A stretch of 64,000 nucleotides of DNA from Welwitschia mirabilis (Eukaryota). The notes under the pieces are model-generated. The model had not been told where the DNA came from. It saw only the letters and a list, made by a program, of their open reading frames with translations, and ran no database searches. Location of the stretch: positions 10,198,040 through 10,262,039 of the forward strand of contig JBOZIK010000001.1 of NCBI GenBank assembly GCA_051453625.1, read 5' to 3'. How positions within the stretch are numbered: position 1 is the first letter of the stretch; every line of letters starts with the position of its first letter. The translations under genes and the position numbers were made by a program. This document shows positions 14,180-25,979 of the stretch, piece by piece.

Positions 14180-14531
14180 ACTATTTAGCATAATTACTTG
14201 TATTAATGGTATTGTAGCCATAATGGAGCATGCACATTCATTTCCATTTTTGTTATTTTCCTTTTCTTATTCTTTATTTTGTTTTGTTTTGTTTTGATTT
14301 TTTTCCCCTTTATACTGATCCAATTCTAAAGCCTCTTTATTTTACTTTTATATCCTTTTCTTATTTTTTTTCTTTTGTTTTTTTTCCTTTCTTGTTTACT
14401 TTATACTGGTCCCATTCGAGTGTTCCTTTATTTTATTTTTATTCTTTATGTTTTCTTCTATTTCTTTTATTCTTCTTGTTCTTCTTCTTTTTTCCCCTTT
14501 TTACTAGTTGATTGGTGTTGATTATGCCTAA

Positions 14532-15995
14532 TGTTAACATGTAGAAATTGACATTTGAACCAAATATAACTGACTAATTTAGCTTAGTTAAAGATATCAA
14601 AATAGTTATTTTATCATAAAATTATGACTTGAATCTTTTTTTATAAAATTTCTAAACTTATGAACTTTGGCATGATAATTTTATATTCTTTGTTGCATTC
14701 TAGATAACAAGCTAAATTTTGAAAGAAAATCATTAGAAAATGTTGATGCCACTATCCTACCCACTAGCATCGCTAGTCCTTTAAGGCAAAATGCATTTAA
14801 AGTTACATTCTAGGACCTTCATGAAAGATTAATCACATTTTAGTTATCGTCTTAACTATTCATTATGTTAAAAAAACTAATAACTTCAATAACACATGGT
14901 AGTGATATAGGTAACGCGTGGTAATAACATGTGACAATGATATGTGTGATGATGTTAAAGACATGTGGCAATAGCATCTATTGGTGAGGCATCACGATCT
15001 AAAGGTAAAGTATTGGACTTACATAATAACCTCCATCTAATATAAAAATATAAATATTCCACCTAATACTATAATACAAGAATCTTACCTTCACCTATTA
15101 TTATAAGAAAAAAACTACAATAATTCAAAATGTAACCCTCTTAATTGTAATTATCACTTACCACTACAAACTAAAGGCTTCTAGTACCTATGTCATATAC
15201 TCATCTATAAAAGGACTTTGTGCCTTGATTTTTAAATGGATTTGATTAATGAAAATGACATGGAACCCTTAGAGAATTAAGTTAACATGGCATTTTGAGC
15301 TCCACCTTTAAAAGTGGCTAGCTTTAAGGTTAGCTTTAAGGACTTCATACCTACTTTATTTCATCCTTCAATGTAATGTAATTTCTATTTTTTAATTAAT
15401 GATAGTTATTCATTTTTCATCTCTAGTACAAATAATATCATACTCTTAATGCTTAAATAAAACTACATTGTTAAGTTTTTTCATTTACCATTGTTAAGTT
15501 TTTTCATTTACCAAGTGAATTACTTAAGGTTATTTTTGAGATTTGTAGCTTTTTTTGTTTAATGAATCTTGTACATAGTAGTTCATACTTTTCATGCTTA
15601 TAAAGGGCTATGAAGGATTAGACAGACTAAGTAATTCACTAAAACTCATGTGGTAAATGATATTATGTCATCATGATCTAATCTTTAAAATCACTTAATA
15701 ATCTTATGATTACTTTAGCAAATTATAGGACATTGTTAAAGTGAAAAATTTATAGGTCGGATAATTCAAGCTGAACCTCTAATGTTAGTGCATTTTCCAA
15801 CTTCATCAAGTAAGTTCAAATTATAACAAACCTATTTTTTAGTTTTTGTTTTCATTTCTTACAAGTTAGAGAACATATTTCCCCTCTTCCTAGTCCTACC
15901 TTGAATTATCCCTTTGAAAGAATGATATTGACTACTTATTAATTTTTATTTTAGTTTACTTTTATTATAATAAATACACATTTATCCCACAAACA
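14532..15995 (+). repeat. A2 5' LTR
   Basis: TGTTAACATGTAGAAATTGAC...CACAAACA. Confidence 0.88.
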
Positions 15996-16000
15996 TATTT

Positions 16001-16018
16001 TGGTGCCATTATTGAGGA
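16001..16018 (+). promoter_or_regulatory. PBS of A2 (decayed tRNA-Asp type)
   Basis: tggtgccattattgagga differs from TGGCGCCGTTGCCGGGGA only by C->T/G->A changes. Confidence 0.8.
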
Positions 16019-16532
16019 TAATGGCATAGTTGTTTTCAAAAGTAGAATAATTTTTTTCTTGTAATTCCTAATTTAGATTTTTAGCTTTTTAGTGATTGGT
16101 ACTAGTCCTTTCTAGTGATACTCGAACTAATCCTTTTTTTTAAGTATTTCTTTCTTTTTCTTTTCTTTCCAGTGGTGGGTACTAGTCCCTCTCTAGTGAA
16201 ATCGAAATTATTCCTTTTTAGAGTTTTGTTTATTTTTTCTATTTTAATTTGAAACTTATTTCAATATTAAGTATTTTTTATTATAAGTCTAATGTGTTTT
16301 TCACATATTGCAATCAAAATAAAGATCGAAAAACATGAAAAACTAATAGCAAACTTAATTTTTGTTTATGTGTTTTCTTTTTGTTCTTTAAAAATTTAAT
16401 TTCTATAGTTAGCTTCTATTTTTTTTATGTTTTAATTTATCTATTAAACTTATAAAAAAATTATTTTAGGTTTTCCAGTGATAATCATTTCATTTCTTCT
16501 ATTTTTTTTCATTTTTTTGCCATCAATTTGCT

Positions 16533-18291
16533 ATGGCCCCTTGCATGAATCTATTTATGTATTTAACAACATAACACTCCTTTTTTTGAGTCATTTATCC
16601 AAAAATGATTGGTACTAATTGAGTAGTAATTTGCCACAAGCTTTTCATGAATTTTTGGCTCAAATCTTAAATAAAACTTTACTTAAATCTCCTAAACCTT
16701 TTTGATATTGAGCCCCTTCTAGAAGCTCAAAACATTGTGAAAACATATTTCTATAGTGAATTTTATTTACCATTTTATAATTCTTGACATGGATTAGACA
16801 TGTAATCCTTTTGAAAGACTACATGAAATACCCCATAAATACTAAAATGTGTTCCCAACTCAAGATCCTAATGTTGAAGGCACACCTATTTATTATGAAA
16901 ATACCTATAATTTTTCTAATTGCATTCAACGTAAATAAACTATAGGAGATTATGTATAAATAAAGAAAACTTTAGAGTGTTACCTTTAACACCAATATAA
17001 TAACCCATAGCATTTCAAACCTTTAGAATATTTTGAAGCCTAGAATCTCATCCATATATAATTTAAGTTCTTTCCTATTTATGTCTGGATCAAGTTCTTT
17101 ACAATATTATGTTTGGAAATCCTTATTTTAAATGAAAAAGATATTAATTTCATGTCTTCTATTATCCCTCATAACCTTATTCCTAATCACCTTATTAATC
17201 TTATTCATTCTTTTATTCTTAATCATCTAATCAAGAACAATCTTCTTCATCTACTCCTTTGAAGGAATCATGAAGAAAATGCATGGAAATCCAAACCTAA
17301 ATTATTCATGATTATAAATAAACTCTTAAGTAATATTCCTTCTCCTTGAGTAGTCTTAAGCAAACTACACAACAACATAATTTTTCCCTTAATAAGCTTG
17401 AGCAAAATCTCCACAAATTAATATTACACTTAACCAATGTAAAAAGGAATAGGTTCCTATGTCTTATGAACCTAATAAACTTAAAAATCTTGGAAAAATT
17501 GATGATAGTAAAATTGATGATACCTAAACTATATTCTTTAGGAGTGATTAAAAAACCAATAAGGAAACCTATGAGGCCTTTCAGCTTAAAAACACACTAG
17601 AAAGAGTATAATCATTTGAGAAAAGGTTATACTTTGATGAAGAATTAAACATATTAGAAGATAATAAATCATTAGAAGATGAGCAATAATTTGAGTAAGG
17701 ATATACCTTTAAGAGTTATACAATAAAGCATAAATGAGATCAATGAAAAGGACAACATTGAAGAAGGATCCTTCTTTAAATTATAATTATTAGCACTTGA
17801 GCACCCACATGAGGAGTAATTCCCTTGCAATTGTAAGGGGGAGGAAAACATTATTAAAGATCTCATAGATGATCCATTCTATGAAGAATCTTTATATTTT
17901 TCTTAACAACTTCATGAGACAACCATTTCATTTTCATTTTTAACTACTAATTAAGACCAAATCCTTAATTAAGAATGCAAACCTTCTTTAGCTTTGGAAC
18001 TATCTTTTAATAATCTTCTTAATGAACATTCACCTTCTTAAATATTTTCCAATACACTTTTGCATACATCTCAAAATAATATCTTGCATGAGTTATCTAA
18101 CAAGCAAAAACAAGCTAAAGAATGGACTATTTCTAGCTTTGGATGAATAAACTTTTCTTATTTTATTAATGTTCTCTATAATTTTATGAACTTCTGCATA
18201 AAAATTTATAAAGATTTTCTATTAATAAAAATATTCTGAAAAACTTTGATTTGTTATTCAACTTTTATTTCTACACTCTTGATTTACTTTA
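16533..18291 (+). pseudogene. gag-derived ORF remnant of A2
   Basis: Colinear with 6324-7850. Decayed 'EKG.FP...PN' (~17440-17480) and 'T.F.RS..K' (~17528-17555), resembling Athila gag C-terminal EKGKFPSQ and LRSGK. Confidence 0.55.
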
Positions 18292-18483
18292 CGCTAAGCT
18301 TTGTATGCACACTATGGTTTCATGCCTAAGAATATGTAAAAGCCTTAGTGAAACCCTAATGGTGTACTTTTATTTATAAGTAACCTTTTCAATGAAATAA
18401 AAATGATGAAATATTTTGGAGAAATAAAACTTTTAGTTTTAAAAAATCTTGATCTTGCTCTTACTCTTCTGTCTTTTAACAAA

Positions 18484-18495
18484 TGGTATTAGAGC
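18484..18495 (+). promoter_or_regulatory. Copia PBS (tRNA-iMet)
   Basis: tggtattagagc is TGGTATCAGAGC with one C->T, 2 bp after the LTR end. Confidence 0.88.
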
Positions 18496-21400
18496 TTTAG
18501 AAGAGATTTTGTAAAGCTCTCTTTGGAGTTTTTAAAGTCCATTTCTATGGCTTATTAGGCTTCTCTTAATCCTCTTTTTCTCTCTCCCAGGCTTCTTTCT
18601 CCTATTTTCTTTTATTATTTTTTTTAGAAGATACAATTTTTTTAAGGATTTTATATTTATTAAAGGGATATTTTTTAAGCTGGGATATCTATTGTTTGTG
18701 GAAAGGGTAAATTTACTTTTAAAAGAAGAAAATCTTTTTTTAAAAAAAGAGGAATATGAAGTTATTTTAAAAAGAAATATTAAATTTTTGTAAGGTTTTT
18801 TTAATAGGAGGCCAAAGGTAAATAATGTTTTTTTAATTGGTATTTTTTCCTTTAACAAGACTCTACCATTACAGTTGATTGTCACTACCTCTCCATCGAT
18901 CCCAAGCAACCTATCTTATGCTTAACCTATTATACCACCTATAGCAATTTCTCCAAGACTATGCACCTATCTAGTTTATAGTCATTTTCCTTTCTCTCTA
19001 TCACATCTTTGTATGTCTCTGTGCACCTCTGTGTATCTATAGTTGTTTTAGCTAATGCTAACCTATGCTATCTTTACTCTACATCTGATTGCTCTTCCAC
19101 TCTTACTGTGGTACTGTTGATATGGTGTACCTACCATCTACATTCTACACATAACAACTTCTCTATCTTCTTGGTTTTAAACTCTGTGAGTGATAACCTA
19201 CAAGCCTACTTTCCACTCTCTATGTCATTTCCCTTACTGTGTTGTAATTTACATTGCTTTTTTTAATTTATATTATTTGATAGGCTATGCACCCTGGCTA
19301 CAATTGACTTGTGCTTTAGCTGCTTTCTTTCTTGGTCTTATCAAGTCATGGTTTCATGCCCCTATGCTGTTTTACCTACCCATCGAGCTTTCTTGCTATC
19401 TGTTGAGCATCCTCTACTCACGCTCCACCTGTTCATCCACTGCCTTCTTCACCTGCGACGAAACTTGACCAGGGATTCATTTGCTAATGCCCACAATGAT
19501 TTTATCTTCTTTATTTGTAGTTCCTACTCCATTATGAATGCTCCCACTAACACTTATCTTATGTAAGCCTCCTTTAGTACCTTCTCATTTTATACCACCC
19601 ATGGCCTTGTTTGCTCTATTCTGCTGTAGTTTCCTTATAGTGCCTCTCTTGTTGGCATCTCTTGCTAACCATAACCTTGTTAGTGGACCTTTGTCCTATG
19701 TACCACACTCCAAGCTTACCATTATTTGCTTGTGCTTAACTACACATCTACTACAGTGATGGATGAAAAATTTTTTTATTACTTTTTTTGCCTTTGTTAA
19801 ATGCCAATAATGCTTTGGCATAATGGCAAAGGCACTAGTTCTTGGCCCTTTGGTCCTATGTTTGATTCTATGCTCTATAAAATAGATTTTCCAAAAATTT
19901 TATGTTGGCTCTTTCTTGTTTCTATGCACATGCAAAATTGGTAGCTAATTGCTTAGTTATAGTCTATGCTTATGCACATGTATTTAGCTAAGCTATTGCT
20001 TAGCCATTGCTCTGATTCTGTACACATAGGGTAATTTTTTATTTTTTCTCTTTCTTTTTTAAGCCATTTTTCTTTTTTTAAAGTTTTTTTGGGCATTTTT
20101 TACTTTTATAAGCCCAAAATGTACTCTCTTGAGCATTTAATAATGCTTTTTTGAGGTTTTTAGGAATTTTCTTCATCATTTTTAAGCCCTTAATCTTTTT
20201 TTTCATTTCTTTTTCTCTCATCATGTTAAGTTTTTGGATGTGGAGTAAGATCGACTTGACTTGATTTTTTCACTTATATCTATCTTTATGATTTTGATAA
20301 ATTAAGATAAGTTGGGATGTTGAGTAAAATCCATTTATCTTAACTATACCAAGTTAAACCTTGTTTTTGAATTTTGGTATGTTTGTCTCTTTTTTTTCTT
20401 TATCTTTTTTACACTTTTTATGATTAAGGTTTTAAACTAGAAATTACATTTATTCTAAACACATCATATTCTTCACTAGTAGTAAGTCTTGGTAATGGTA
20501 GGCATGGGAAACCTTATGTAGACAAAGATCTATGTTAGGATTTACTACATTTTGAGCTTGTTGTAGAGTATTTAACTACATTAACTATGAAGTTTCAGCT
20601 ATATGGAGAGCCATATTTCTCTTAAGTAGAAATGTTTGAGTGCCTTGAGGTCTAGATTCTTATGTATACCTCAGTAATTAAGGGTGTATTTGGTATAGGC
20701 TAGAGGCATAATGATAGAGTCTATGTAGATTTCATCATCAAGTTAATAAAAAGGCATAAGTATAATTAATTTTAAAATGTGTTGAGTCTAAAATATAAGT
20801 AAATCACCAACACTGCATAGTACTCTTCCTTAAGGGGGGTATATAGCTAAGGTAATCAAAACTACTCAAAGATTTAGACATCCAATTGAGGTAATTCACA
20901 TTTTGTAGTTTTACTCCCATAGAAGACAAGGGTATCACCCTTTGAGAAGATGTAATTGCTACTCAGTTTCAAGAGTAGACTTCAAAATTAACAATCATAA
21001 CATTTCATCACCTAATAATCAATTAAGGCCCTCTTGCATTAAAATCCACCTCGCTCATATTAAGACATTTTTAACAAAGTATCTTTGGTTGTTCTTGTGT
21101 ATACAAGCTTTTCACTAGTTAGGGATTTTTTTTTTATATCATCACATGTTGTGATTTTAATATATGTAACCTAGATTTTTAAGCTTAATTCCCTTTCATT
21201 ATAACTATAACACTCTATCATAATATTTTTCTATCTCTTTGCTTTAGTTACATTGTAACTTGGATAGCTCAATTAAACTTGTGGATTAGAGCAAGATCCC
21301 TTTTCCTGTGACTATACCATTATCTTAATTTTTTCTTATTCCTATTTTGATTTTTGATAATATTTATTTGTATAATACATAGATCACTTTTAAAAGTAAA

Positions 21401-21599
21401 TGTGAGAAAGATCCCTTAGGAATTTAACTTTACCTCAAAACTTATTAAACGTTTTCTATTTTTCTCATAAAGTTTTCATGGCTTCAACATCAAGATTCTA
21501 AACTTTATCATATAGATTTATACTAGTACTGACTATAAAAATCATAACCAACCTTAGGATGACTTTACATGATGATCAGAGTTGGAAGAAATGAAATTA

Positions 21600-23380
21600 A
21601 GATTTCATGTCTACAATGTGTATTTATGAATTTGATAAAGTTTTTTTTTTACTAACGTGCATGTTCCTCTTTAGAATTAGGATGAATAAGATGGATGGAA
21701 AGCCATTAATAGCAAGTTTACAAAGATAATGCAAAAATTAATGACCACTCTATATAAAATATTGGTTAATAGAATTAAGTCAAGTTATACCAACTATTTT
21801 ACTTTGTGAGATACCTTTAATGTAAAGAATAATTTAGAATTGATTGATCTCCTTATGAGAATGAATAGCCTTTACTATGAAAAAGACAAAATGTATTAGC
21901 TTGCAGCTCAGATGATGGATATTAAGACAAACATTACTAAGATAGACTCAAAGAATCAGGTATGCATTCATTACATTAACTTGGTTCATTGTTGTCTAGA
22001 GAATTTATCTCTTTGTAGCCATATTCTATCTCTTCATGTAAGTAAGATACTATACAATATGAAATTTAACACACTTAATAAGAATCTTATTACCATAAAA
22101 GTATGATTTAACTTCATAAGTTCTTCATGATCTAATACATCATGCAAAGTTTCTTATTATTGTGGCTCTCCTTGTCAATAAAAGTAGTTTTTTCATAACT
22201 TTCATTCACAAAAGAAATCACATTATAATAAGGGTAAGGCTTTATAGAAACAATAAAATAAGAAGTTTAATTAAGTTCAACCAAATAAGAAGTAATTTTA
22301 GCATATTATAAATTTAAAAAAAATTAAATATTAGTGCTCATAATGCAAAATATAAGGTTATACCATGGAATTTTGTTAAATATCTTGGAAAAAGATAGAG
22401 TCTACACCTAAGGCAAATTTAGTTATTAAAGAATCTAATTCCCTTAATCTACTGAAAATCTCAAGTAAAATATAGTCTTTAATAACTTTAACTTTATGGA
22501 TATCAGTGAGCATATACCTTATGATAAGATGTGGATTCTTTTCACAAGTGAAATGTGTCACATGACTTACTAGCATGATTATTTTAAAGACTTTATTAAA
22601 GTGCTAAGTCATGTTTATTTGGCATATAAAACTCTAGTTCTAATGGAATGCTATGGTTTATTTACCCTTATCTTGACATCACTCTCTCTATAAAATATTC
22701 TTCATGTTTGGTATATTCCTTCTCTGAGGCTGCATCTTCTATTACTTTTGANNNNNNNNNNNNNNNNNNNNNNNNNNNNNNNNNNNNNNNNNNNNNNNNN
22801 NNNNNNNNNNNNNNNNNNNNNNNNNNNNNNNNNNNNNNNNNNNNNNNNNNNNNNNNNNNNNNNNNNNNNNNNNNNNNNNNNNNNNNNNNNNNNNNNNNNN
22901 NNNNNNNNNNNNNNNNNNNNNNNNNNNNNNNNNNNNNNNNNNNNNNNNNNNNNNNNNNNNNNNNNNNNNNNNNNNNNNNNNNNNNNNNNNNNNNNNNNNN
23001 NNNNNNNNNNNNNNNNNNNNNNNNNNNNNNNNNNNNNNNNNNNNNNNNNNNNNNNNNNNNNNNNNNNNNNNNNNNNNNNNNNNNNNNNNNNNNNNNNNNN
23101 NNNNNNNNNNNNNNNNNNNNNNNNNNNNNNNNNNNNNNNNNNNNNNNNNNNNNNNNNNNNNNNNNNNNNNNNNNNNNNNNNNNNNNNNNNNNNNNNNNNN
23201 NNNTTTGTATATTCCTTCTCTGAGGCCGCATCTTCTATTACTTTTGACAAAGCACTAAGTGAATATTTATTATAGTAATAAATAACTAGTTATGAATAGC
23301 TACATGAATAAAAAGCCTATTCATCTTCGTGATTATGTTAGAATATAAGAAATTACCTATATAGTTTTCCAAGACAAGAT
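21600..23380 (+). pseudogene. Degenerate Copia gag/protease region
   Basis: Decayed zinc knuckle 'SYYCGSPCQ' (~22152-22180), lying between the PBS and the integrase. Contains an N gap. Confidence 0.45.
22752..23203. other. Assembly gap (N run)
   Basis: N run whose flanks overlap by ~45 bp. Confidence 0.99.
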
Positions 23381-24716
23381 TATCAACTATAGTATAATGT
23401 CTTAGATTTAAGCTAAGCTTTCACTTAGCTATCATTCTTCCTTATGGATAACATTAGGTATTAACTTCGTTTTATACCACTTTAAATTTAAAATAAGTTA
23501 CAAAAAGGAAATAAAAGAGAAGAGGAGTTGAGGTAATTTTCATGTTGAAATTCATCTTAGAGAGAAGAAAAGCAAACTAGCTCCAAGGTATTATTGGCTC
23601 ATCCTTAAGTATTCCTTCAATCCAATATCATACAATCATTCTTTCCTATAAAATACTTCAAACTATCAAGTGCATTTGGCTCAAGTCATGGGGTATAATC
23701 TCATCCTATATATGATAATTAGTAACTTCACTTAATACTTTAACCTTAAAATAATAATAGAAAGTAAAAACTCCTACAATACTCAAGATCTGTGAAAATA
23801 AAAGATTAAATGATAAAAGTAGATTCACACAAATAAAAAAACTTGATAGTAAAAGTAGTTACCTGAGCATTTCCATTATGAGATTACTCATGAATTGAAA
23901 TCAAAGATAACAACTTTTGTATTGTAAAATAAGAACAATCTTATAACAAAGGAAGAAGAAAGAAGAAGAACTTCTCAAATAATCCTTGAGACTAGCTCAC
24001 TCCCCCAAAGAGTTCTCTAGAAAGTCATTATAAGTTAATGCTCTAAAGTGCTTTAATTTATTCTAAAGACAAATATAATACAATGAAGAATTCGAGACTC
24101 TTTTATAGAAGAGACAAAAACATGAGTGGTTACAAGCCTTTGGCTTATAGCATGAAGTAGATAATTACATGATTACATTAGGTAGGACAATTTATCTTAT
24201 CTTCTATTTAGTGAAGATTTCTATACAACATCACCACTTGGCACCGAATTGTTGCAACTACTACCAACTATTGATTATGCCATGTATCTTCACATCATCA
24301 TAATTAGCCTTACTAAATATTGCTCTACAAATTCTCATCATCATCAACATGTGTTGATAGAAAGTAAATTAATTTTTGATGTGTAATTTGATTAAGCCTA
24401 TAACTACATTCTATCTAATTTTCCACAACACACCAAAAACATGGATTTGAAGGGGGTCTAATCACATAGTCTAATAGCATTGGTGTCTTAGACAGTGGCA
24501 TAAACATTTCAACTCTAATGATCATGAAATTAAACTATGTTCTTTAATTGATCTTAATCAACATGAAAATGTTATGGAAAAATAGTTAAGTGCATAGTTA
24601 ATATGAAAACCAATAGAAGACATTTGTTTATGATGAAATCAATTATATTAGTATCTTTTAATATAGTTAATTAATCATTTAAGTTAATCATAATATCAAT
24701 TTTTTATATGTCAACA
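23381..24716 (-). repeat. F 3' LTR
   Basis: Colinear with 35113-36423. Begins TGTTGACATATAAAAAATTGA on minus, next to the PPT. Confidence 0.88.
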
Positions 24717-25979
24717 CATCCCCTAACTAGTTTTTTTACTAGTACCTTAGAAAAAGAATGATAAAATCATTAAACATGAAAAAACAATCAGAATTAAATG
24801 TGCTTCAGTATGAAAAAGATGTAGCTTTGAGAATTTTATGATAAATTTTTAGCATTTGAGGCATTAAAATCAAAATTTTTATCATTAAAATCAGATGTCA
24901 CATCCCCTAAATAAAACTAAACTTTATTCTCAAAGTTCTTAATGAAAATTTTAAATCATTCAAGAACAAATGTGTAGATAGATTGTGAATAGTTCTTTTA
25001 TTGAAAATGATGTAAATTAAACTAAGAAAAAAGGTAAGCTATTAACAATCAAACATGTGCTAAGTGGAAAAACTTTTCATAAAAATAGTTCATGCTATAG
25101 AAGTCATTTCTCATGAAAATAATATAAAGTAAAGTGTATTAAAGTGATGTGAGCTAAATGAGATGGAAAATGTGTAAATGGAGTAAAACTATCAACTAAT
25201 AAGTAAACATGTAAACTATACTAAGTTATTATCCCTTTATTACATTTTTGTATTTCTAGTGGATCTTGATATCAACCAAGCTAAGTTTTAACTAAGTAAC
25301 TTATATGAATTTAAGAAATTGATGCAAATCTTAAGTATTAAAGTTAAGAGACAACAGTTCACATAAAGCCTCTAATTCCATCCTTTCATTTCTTTATTTT
25401 TTATTTCTACCTTTGCATATATCTTTAGTATTCTACCTTTGAATGACATTGAGCATCTAGTATTATGACATTTTTTGCCAATAGAATTAAGCACATTGTA
25501 TTATGCAGAAATCAGTGTTGCATTGTCAGTGAGTGTTTATAGCTCTGATGTAGTTAAACATGTTATAATTAAATTGTTAGAGCTACATTACCAGCAGATG
25601 TTCATAGCCTCATATGTAGTTAACTAAACCTAACTAAGTGATTAATGTTATGTGCTTTTGAAGAAGAGATATATTATTTTATTTTCTTCATCTTCTCATA
25701 GTTATTTTTTATGCACTTTTAAAGGGTTATTTGCTCATTAGCCAAGTCAAGACTAAGCTTGTTCCCATTAGAGGCTTTTTACTTAGAGAGCACATGCAAA
25801 GGTAAATACCATCTTTTTAACTAATTTTTATCAAATCTAGAGATCCTAAGCAAATGCATTCTTAACTAACCTACTTGAAATAAGTCTTCTTTTTCTTAAA
25901 AATCCATAAGTAAAGTTGATCTTAATTATTTTTTAGATGATAACATGATCACTTATTATTGGTTTTTATGTTAAGAACT

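Noticed and set aside
14180..14184. actat after the B LTR matching actat before it, suggesting a solo LTR TSD
   Set aside because: The downstream sequence is homologous to the PBS and leader at 40571 onward, so the match is treated as probably coincidental. It is not fully excluded, because B lacks a clear right TSD.
14230..14511. Phe-rich hydrophobic ORF (also 45373-45603)
   Set aside because: Translation of T-rich low-complexity non-coding element sequence.
19009..19759. Cluster of overlapping ORFs
   Set aside because: No recognisable motif. Pyrimidine skew lowers stop-codon frequency.
22648..23275. Longest ORFs in the track (175-191 aa)
   Set aside because: They are open only because they run through N bases.
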